Origin: an uncultured Ruminococcus sp. | GTDB taxonomy: Bacteria; Bacillota; Clostridia; Oscillospirales; Ruminococcaceae | Reading direction: 5' to 3' | Length of the DNA: 64,000 nucleotides | Assembly (NCBI GenBank): GCA_902783005.1 | Contig: CACZPI010000059.1 | Location: 12,356-76,355, forward strand | Shown here: in pieces, positions 58,204 through 64,000 of the stretch | Numbering within the stretch: the stretch's first letter is position 1 | Layout: each line of letters starts with the position of its first letter | Notes under the pieces: generated by a model | The model's database searches: none | Told to the model about the DNA's origin: nothing | The model's input: the letters and a program-made list of their open reading frames with translations, nothing else | Position numbers and translations under genes: made by a program

Positions 58204-59264
58204 GCACCCTCCTTTGCAAGAATCTCCGTCAGTGCTGCATACAGCTGTTCCATTTCGGCATCGGTGCCAATGGTGATCCGGAGCGAATTGCTGATACGCG
58301 GCTTATTCCAGTAACGGACAAAAATGCCGCGGGATTTGAGCGCTTCAAAGATCCTGCCGGCATCTGCCGAACGATGGGATGCAAAAATAAAATTGCTCAT
58401 CGAATCCGGGAAGGTGAAGCCAAGCGCGGTCAGACGCTTCTTGGCGTTTTCGCGGGTTGCAATGATCCTGCCTGTCATTTCGCGGAAATAGGCATCATCC
58501 CGGATGGCCTGTGCGCCGCACTGAATGGTCAGATGATTCATGGTGTAGGAATTGACAGAGAACTTCACATCATTCATATAGCCGATCAGCTTTTCCGAGC
58601 CGATCGCAAAGCCGATGCGGATGCCGGCCATGCTTCTCGATTTTGAGAAGGTCTGTACAACCAGAAGATTCTCATATTTTTCGAGCAGCGGCAGCGCACT
58701 CTGTCCGCCGAAATCAATATAGGCTTCGTCTACAATGACAATGGAATCCGGATTAGCCTTCAGGATCTCCTCGATCAGTTCCAGTGATTCCAGTACACCG
58801 GTAGGAGCGTTCGGATTCGGGAAAATGATGCCGCCGTTCTCCTGCCTGTAATCATCCGGATCGATCCGGAAATCCTCTGTCAGCGGAATCTGCTTGTACG
58901 TGATCCGGTAAACATCAGCCCAGACATCGTAAAAGGAATAGGTCACATCCGGAAACAGTACCGGCTTATCGGAATTGAAGAAGGTCATGAACGCCATTGA
59001 CAGAACGTCATCCGATCCGACACCAACAAAAACCTGCTTCGGATTCACACCGTAATTCTCTGCGATCGCATCCACAAGCACCTGTGCATTCGGATCCGGA
59101 TATTTGCGCAGCAGATCTGTGTCAAACTGCGTCAGTACTTCACGCACACCGGGTGCGGGCGGATAGGGATTCTCATTGGTGTTGAGCTTGATGATATTCT
59201 GCTGCTTCGGCTGTTCGCCGGGGGTGTAGGGCACCACCCGGCGGATATTGTTTTCCCAGCTCAT
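58200..59264 (-). CDS. hisC: Histidinol-phosphate aminotransferase
   Basis: LNTNENP and the PLP-lysine block TFSKSRSMAG. ATG 59264 follows GAGGAG. The track start 59297 overlaps hisD. Confidence 0.94.
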   Translation of the reverse strand: MSWENNIRRVVPYTPGEQPKQQNIIKLNTNENPYPPAPGVREVLTQFDTDLLRKYPDPNAQVLVDAIAENYGVNPKQVFVGVGSDDVLSMAFMTFFNSDKPVLFPDVTYSFYDVWADVYRITYKQIPLTEDFRIDPDDYRQENGGIIFPNPNAPTGVLESLELIEEILKANPDSIVIVDEAYIDFGGQSALPLLEKYENLLVVQTFSKSRSMAGIRIGFAIGSEKLIGYMNDVKFSVNSYTMNHLTIQCGAQAIRDDAYFREMTGRIIATRENAKKRLTALGFTFPDSMSNFIFASHRSADAGRIFEALKSRGIFVRYWNKPRISNSLRITIGTDAEMEQLYAALTEILAKEGA

Positions 59265-59265
59265 A

Positions 59266-60558
59266 TCAGTTCTCCTCAAAGCGAACCTTGATGGCATTTG
59301 CGTGTGCGGTCAGGCCTTCACGCTCTGCAATCAGGACAATGTCATCCTTTGCCTGGCGCAGCGCATCCTCGGTGTAATAGATATAGCTCGAACGCTTGAT
59401 AAAGCTTGCCACACCAAGCGGCGAGAAGAAACGAGCCGTACCGGAGGTCGGAAGAACGTGGTTCGGCCCTGCATAGTAGTCACCGAGCGGCTCGGATGCA
59501 TAGGAACCGAGAAATACGGATCCGGCATTGTCGAGGCAACCGATGTATTCCAGCGGATTCTCCATGACAACCTCAAGGTGCTCCGGAGCAATGGCATTTG
59601 CAAGCTCGATCGCCTGTGCCTTATCACGGGCAATGAGCATTGCGCCGTAGTTCTCCATGGATTCCTTGATAATATCCCGGCGTTCCAGATATGCCATCTG
59701 ACGGATCACCTCTGCTTCAACCTTGTCCGGAAGCGCCGGATCCGTTGTAATCAGAATTGCGGAAGCAAGACGGTCGTGCTCTGCCTGGCTCATGAGATCG
59801 GCAGCCACAAACTTCGGGTCAGCCGTGTGATCTGCCATGACCAGAATCTCGCTGGGGCCTGCGATCATATCAATATCCACAACACCGTACAGCAGCTTCT
59901 TTGCCGTTGCTACGAAGATATTGCCGGGGCCGACGATCTTGTCAACCTTCGGAATCTCCTCTGTGCCGTAAGCAAGCGCTGCAATGGCCTGCGCACCGCC
60001 GGAGAGGAATACCCTGTCAACACCGCAGATCGCCGCGGCCACCAGGATGTCCTTATTCGGTGTACCGTCCTTGCAGGGCGGGGTAACCATGATGATCTCC
60101 TTGACACCTGCGATCTTTGCAGGAATCGCATTCATCAGCACGCTCGACGGATAAGCCGCCGTACCGCCCGGCACATACAGGCCGACGCGCTCCAGACCGC
60201 GGACACGCTGTCCGAGAATGACGCCGTTCGGCTGTGCATCCGTAAAGCCCTGCGTCTTCTGACGGTTGTGGAAGTTGGCAATGTTCTCCTGTGCATTCAG
60301 CAGAGCGCTGACAAATTCCTGATCCGCCTCAGTGAGTGCATCATTGATGACTTCACGGGGTACCTCATAATACTGTGGCAGATTGCCGTCAAACTTCTTG
60401 GTATATGCCTTGACTGCTTCGTCGCCGCCCTTGCGGACGGTGTCGATGATCTCTGTTACGATCTGCGTTACCTTCTTGTCGGTCTCGCCCGTGCGGGTCT
60501 CAAGATCCTTCAGAAATTCGTATTCTGCCTTGCCGTCACACTGAATCTTCTTAATCAT
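59266..60558 (-). CDS. hisD: Histidinol dehydrogenase
   Basis: GLYVPGG, AGPSE and SQAEHD motifs; 430 aa. Confidence 0.95.
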   Translation of the reverse strand: MIKKIQCDGKAEYEFLKDLETRTGETDKKVTQIVTEIIDTVRKGGDEAVKAYTKKFDGNLPQYYEVPREVINDALTEADQEFVSALLNAQENIANFHNRQKTQGFTDAQPNGVILGQRVRGLERVGLYVPGGTAAYPSSVLMNAIPAKIAGVKEIIMVTPPCKDGTPNKDILVAAAICGVDRVFLSGGAQAIAALAYGTEEIPKVDKIVGPGNIFVATAKKLLYGVVDIDMIAGPSEILVMADHTADPKFVAADLMSQAEHDRLASAILITTDPALPDKVEAEVIRQMAYLERRDIIKESMENYGAMLIARDKAQAIELANAIAPEHLEVVMENPLEYIGCLDNAGSVFLGSYASEPLGDYYAGPNHVLPTSGTARFFSPLGVASFIKRSSYIYYTEDALRQAKDDIVLIAEREGLTAHANAIKVRFEEN

Positions 60559-61186
60559 TGATCTGCTCCTCCACTTTCTGTACCAGTGCTTCGATCTCCT
60601 GCTGACGCAGCTTCAGGCTGACGGTGTTCACGATCAGTCTGGCGGAGATCTGTGCTACATCCTCCACGACTTCAAGGCCGTTTTCCTTCAGAGTCGTGCC
60701 GGTCTCTACAATATCCACGATTCCGTCAGCAAGTCCCAGCAGCGGGGCAAGCTCCACGGAGCCTTCGATCTTGACAATATCAACGTCCATGCCCTTATTC
60801 TCAAAGAAGGCACGGGTAACATTCGGGTACTTGGTTGCAATCGTCTTGACGCCGAAGCCGTCATAGAACGGATAATCCTTCTTGGTCGCCAATGCGAATT
60901 TGCACTTGCCAAAGCCCAGGTTGACCAGCTCAAAGAGCTTGCCGTTCATTTCCATGAGCGTATCCTTGCCGACAACGCCCATATCGCAGACACCATGCTC
61001 CACATAGGTAATAACATCTGCGGCCTTTGCCAGCACAACCTCCATATTGCCGTCAGGAATCGGGAGGATCAGACGTCTTCCCTTCTCATGGACAGCGGTA
61101 CAGTCATAACCGAGCCTTTCGAGCAGGGCAACTGTGTCCTTTTCCAGTCTTCCCTTTGTCAGGGCGATCCGCAGCGGTTTATTCAT
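60551..61186 (-). CDS. hisG: ATP phosphoribosyltransferase, short (HisZ-dependent) form
   Basis: LRIALTKGRL and DIVETGTTLKENGL; 211 aa without the C-terminal regulatory domain. Confidence 0.94.
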   Translation of the reverse strand: MNKPLRIALTKGRLEKDTVALLERLGYDCTAVHEKGRRLILPIPDGNMEVVLAKAADVITYVEHGVCDMGVVGKDTLMEMNGKLFELVNLGFGKCKFALATKKDYPFYDGFGVKTIATKYPNVTRAFFENKGMDVDIVKIEGSVELAPLLGLADGIVDIVETGTTLKENGLEVVEDVAQISARLIVNTVSLKLRQQEIEALVQKVEEQIND

Positions 61187-62393
61187 CTGTACGCACCTCC
61201 TTCACACCTTCTGCACCAACAAGCAGGACTCTTGCGATCTGATGTGCTTTTGCAAAATCAACCGCATCCTCTGCATCCAGTGCAAACTCCACACAAAGCC
61301 CCTTTGCACGCAGCTGTTCTGCCTGCGCAACGGCAGCAGCCTCGCATCCGGCCTGCGCGGCAACCAGCACATCTGCCGGTTCCGGCTCAGGGCTGTATTT
61401 CTTGCCAATCACATTCGCAACGGCATCGACATTGACTGCCATGCCGACAGCCGGTACATCATAGCCGAATTCCGACAGCAGCATGTCATAGCGACCACCG
61501 GAGATCACCTCTTCGCCGTAGCCCTCCATATAGCCTTTGATCACAAGACCAGTGTAATAATCAGTCTTGTTGACAAGTCCGAGATCAACCATGATCTTTA
61601 CATCACCGGCAATCGCGCTGACAGTACCGAACAAGGTCTGCATGCTGTCCAAAATTTCCTGGATGCGGCTGTCATTGAATACCTCGGCTGCACGGGCAAA
61701 TACCTCTTCCCCGCCGAACAGTGTCGGCAGCTTGCGCAGTGCAGCAGTGATGCTGTTATCACCCAGGGTATCGAGCAGGTCATTCAGAGCTGGATAATTC
61801 TTTGCTTCGATCAGGCTGCGAATCTCCTCTTTCTGTGCAGGCGTTGCATTCAGACGATGCATCAGTTCACGGAAAATACGCACATCACCCAGCTCAAGCG
61901 TTGCACTTACAGCAAAGCCCGGAACCTCCTGACCTACCGTGGACAGTACAGACAATGCCGCAGAGATCACCTCTACATCCGCCATACGGGAAGACGAACC
62001 GATCAGCTCAATGCCGGTCTGATTGATCTCCACACTTCTGCCCTTCAGGGAAGGTGCAAAATTATAGACAGGCTGTGTATAATAGAGTCGCAGCGGCAAA
62101 GAGGCATCCTTCAGCCGCGTTGCCACAACACGGGCGATCGGCATGGTGGAATCCGGACGGACTACCACCAGACGCCCCTTGTTGTCGGTAAGTTTGCAAA
62201 GCTCTTCCTGCGGAAAATAGCGGGAATTGCGATTAAAAACATCATAGAATTCCAGTCCCGGTGTAATCAGCCGGGAATACCCCATGGATTTGAAGATCGC
62301 ACGGGTACGGTTCTCTACAATGCGCTTGAGAGCACATTCCTCAAACAGATAATCCCGTGTTCCCTCCGGGGTGATCAGATCAAATCGGCGCAT
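61179..62393 (-). CDS. hisZ: ATP phosphoribosyltransferase regulatory subunit (HisRS paralog)
   Basis: Class II aaRS-like core (PEGTRDYLF, RLYY, GGRYD) without an anticodon-binding domain function. 8-nt overlap with hisG. Confidence 0.92.
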   Translation of the reverse strand: MRRFDLITPEGTRDYLFEECALKRIVENRTRAIFKSMGYSRLITPGLEFYDVFNRNSRYFPQEELCKLTDNKGRLVVVRPDSTMPIARVVATRLKDASLPLRLYYTQPVYNFAPSLKGRSVEINQTGIELIGSSSRMADVEVISAALSVLSTVGQEVPGFAVSATLELGDVRIFRELMHRLNATPAQKEEIRSLIEAKNYPALNDLLDTLGDNSITAALRKLPTLFGGEEVFARAAEVFNDSRIQEILDSMQTLFGTVSAIAGDVKIMVDLGLVNKTDYYTGLVIKGYMEGYGEEVISGGRYDMLLSEFGYDVPAVGMAVNVDAVANVIGKKYSPEPEPADVLVAAQAGCEAAAVAQAEQLRAKGLCVEFALDAEDAVDFAKAHQIARVLLVGAEGVKEVRTDE

Positions 62394-62488
62394 ATACTAC
62401 CTCTTTCTTCATTTTCATTCTTCATACGAATGGTTTTCGTTTCTGCTTGCTTTAGCGTATTACTACATTACCGTAGTATCATAGTAAT

Positions 62489-62517
62489 ATAATACCATAT
62501 TAACAGCCACATGTCAA
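62489..62517 (-). promoter_or_regulatory. sigma-A promoter of the his operon (TTGACA-17-TGgTATTAT)
   Basis: Read on the minus strand. The leader to the hisZ ATG is ~85 nt with two short hairpins only. Confidence 0.65.
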
Positions 62518-62611
62518 GTCATTGATACCGCGCGACCCGGATTTTGGCAGAATGACGGGGATACTCCACAAAATAGGGAATATCCCGCTCGTTTTATTCA
62601 GAAAATGATCC

Positions 62612-63556
62612 TTACATCGGATCCTGGAGCTGAATCAGATCGCCAAGACGTTTGTTCCAGGCTTCGTCTTTGAATTTCTGGAATCCACCCCACGGGAAGA
62701 AGGTCATCTCACCGACGTATACATGTCCTCCGATGATATAGCAATCCACGCGGACAAACGGAATTCCCGCAGACATCTTTTCACAGACCTCCACAAGTTC
62801 ATCATAGCATTCCGGCTTTTCAAAGCGCAGATCATCTGTCGGATAGTCGATCTCCATCGTGGTACGCTCCCAGTTCCGGTCATATGCACCACAGAAATGG
62901 GCATCCGGCTTGGAGCCGTCGGCAAGGGAATGATTCTGCCAGATCAGCGTGTACATCAGCTTTCCGCCAAAGCAGTAATTCTTATAGTCGATCAGATCTT
63001 CGCCCATGTACTGTTCGGCAATGATCTTCCTATCTACATTTTTGTACGGCCATTCCCGGGAACGGATAAAATAATCAATGGACTGCGTATAATTCAGATA
63101 CCGCAGAGCTTCCTTCCTGTCAAATGATTTCTGACTGCGGCATACTTTAACACCACCAGCATGATTTGCTTTCAATACAAATTGATCCGGCAGCTTGTCA
63201 AATTCAATATCCTCGGGACGATCCCAGACGCCAAGCAGTGGGAAGGTGTGTTCGGCACCAACACGCTCAGCTATGATCTGTTTGATTTTATACTTGTCTA
63301 CCATAGATGTATAGAGCGGATTGCGTTCATGCAGCTTGCGCCAGTTATTTTTTTCATTGAAGGTTTTCGGATGTTCCAGATCCGGTTCAACGCCAAATGC
63401 TTCGCGATACTTTTTTATGATATATGACTGGTCATCCATACCTGCATGAAACCAGATCTTTTCAATGCAGGTATGTCTCACCAGAAAATGCGTAAGGCCG
63501 TTTCCCAGTATTCCCTTGGATCTCAAAAAAACCAACATGTTTTGGTAAATAGACAT
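62612..63556 (-). CDS. TupA-like ATP-grasp fold amidoligase family protein
   Basis: FNEKNNWRKL, FVLKANHAGG and the C-terminal VRVDCY..GEMTFFPWGG pattern of the TupA-like family. ATG 63556 lies 9 nt after GGAGGA. Confidence 0.8.
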   Translation of the reverse strand: MSIYQNMLVFLRSKGILGNGLTHFLVRHTCIEKIWFHAGMDDQSYIIKKYREAFGVEPDLEHPKTFNEKNNWRKLHERNPLYTSMVDKYKIKQIIAERVGAEHTFPLLGVWDRPEDIEFDKLPDQFVLKANHAGGVKVCRSQKSFDRKEALRYLNYTQSIDYFIRSREWPYKNVDRKIIAEQYMGEDLIDYKNYCFGGKLMYTLIWQNHSLADGSKPDAHFCGAYDRNWERTTMEIDYPTDDLRFEKPECYDELVEVCEKMSAGIPFVRVDCYIIGGHVYVGEMTFFPWGGFQKFKDEAWNKRLGDLIQLQDPM

Positions 63557-63603
63557 TTTCTTCATTCCTCCAATCAATATGTCACACTCTGAATGTCAAT
63601 TCA

Positions 63604-64000
63604 TCAAAAGAAGGCCATTTGAGTCGATTTTGGCAATTCACCGAAAGCGCCGCGTTCCTCGAGCATCTCAATGATTGTCTTGGAAGCGCCGCTCTGTGCC
63701 TGGAATTCCTCAATAGACATGTATCCTCCGGCCTGTGCCGCAGCATACAGACCCTCTGCCGCACCCTCGCCAACACCCGGCAATGCGGAAAACGGAATTC
63801 GCAGCTTGTTCTCAGCCTCATCGACCAGGAATTTGGTTGCATGAGATTTATTCAGGTCAATCGGCAAAAAGTCCATTCCGCGTGCCATCATCTCATTGGC
63901 GATGAGCATGATATCCAGCACATCATTTTCGATCTTCGACCGGTCATTTCCTTTGGCACGCAGTTCATTGATTTTCTCCTTGACCGCACCAATGCCCTGT
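63604..64000 (-). CDS. polC: DNA polymerase III PolC-type, C-terminal fragment (5' part outside window)
   Basis: C-terminal PolC sequence (ANEMMARGMDFLPIDLNKSHATKF..IPFSALPGVGEGAA..LPKSTQMAFF). The frame stays open to the window edge. Confidence 0.9.
   Translation of the reverse strand, partial: QGIGAVKEKINELRAKGNDRSKIENDVLDIMLIANEMMARGMDFLPIDLNKSHATKFLVDEAENKLRIPFSALPGVGEGAAEGLYAAAQAGGYMSIEEFQAQSGASKTIIEMLEERGAFGELPKSTQMAFF

Noticed and set aside
62541-62600. Imperfect hairpin (CGGGGATA..16 nt..TATCCCG) downstream of the TupA-like gene as a possible small RNA or riboswitch.
   Set aside because: The stem is short and bulged with a large loop, and there is no clear U-tract on the transcribed strand. 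It is most simply a weak terminator or spacer before the his promoter.

Overview
Chromosomal core region of a Firmicutes/Clostridia-type genome: Gram-positive SD sites (AGGAGG), sigma-A TTGACA-17-TATAAT promoters, PolC, HisZ, tightly overlapped operons. No rRNA, tRNA, CRISPR, IS or prophage signal was seen. All calls rest on motif recognition by eye; no BLAST or HMM was possible.

Left to right:
- an HSP90-family gene with two paralogous TPR-like partner genes (1-5052, minus)
- an FMN-riboswitch-controlled ribD-ribE-ribBA-ribH operon ending in a coupled HAD phosphatase (5218-9813, plus)
- a 3-gene cassette of two different glutamate-cysteine-ligase-superfamily enzymes plus a Cys1 Ntn amidotransferase (10278-13593), then metF
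- a convergent 11-gene minus-strand operon (14607-23311) linking sulfate activation (CysDN), AprAB-like APS reductase, a JAMM/E1/ThiS-like sulfur-carrier module, thioredoxin, TusA, a small siroheme sulfite reductase and MetY, with a divergent Rrf2 regulator
- housekeeping genes (lrp, coaD, rsmD, uvrC)
- a pur operon interrupted by a membrane protein and a secreted lysozyme-like protein
- GT2, mrp, cls, uvrA, uvrB, radC, rlu, ligA
- a hisZGDCBHA-F-I operon containing an R-S-ExE ADP-ribosyltransferase-like gene and a zinc-ribbon gene
- a TupA-like ATP-grasp gene and the 3' end of polC

Most interesting:
- the protein-thiocarboxylate homocysteine operon with extra TusA and thioredoxin genes
- the GCL-GCL-amidotransferase cassette, whose promoter carries a near-identical operator-like sequence to the sulfur operon promoter
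- the ART-like gene translationally coupled inside the his operon
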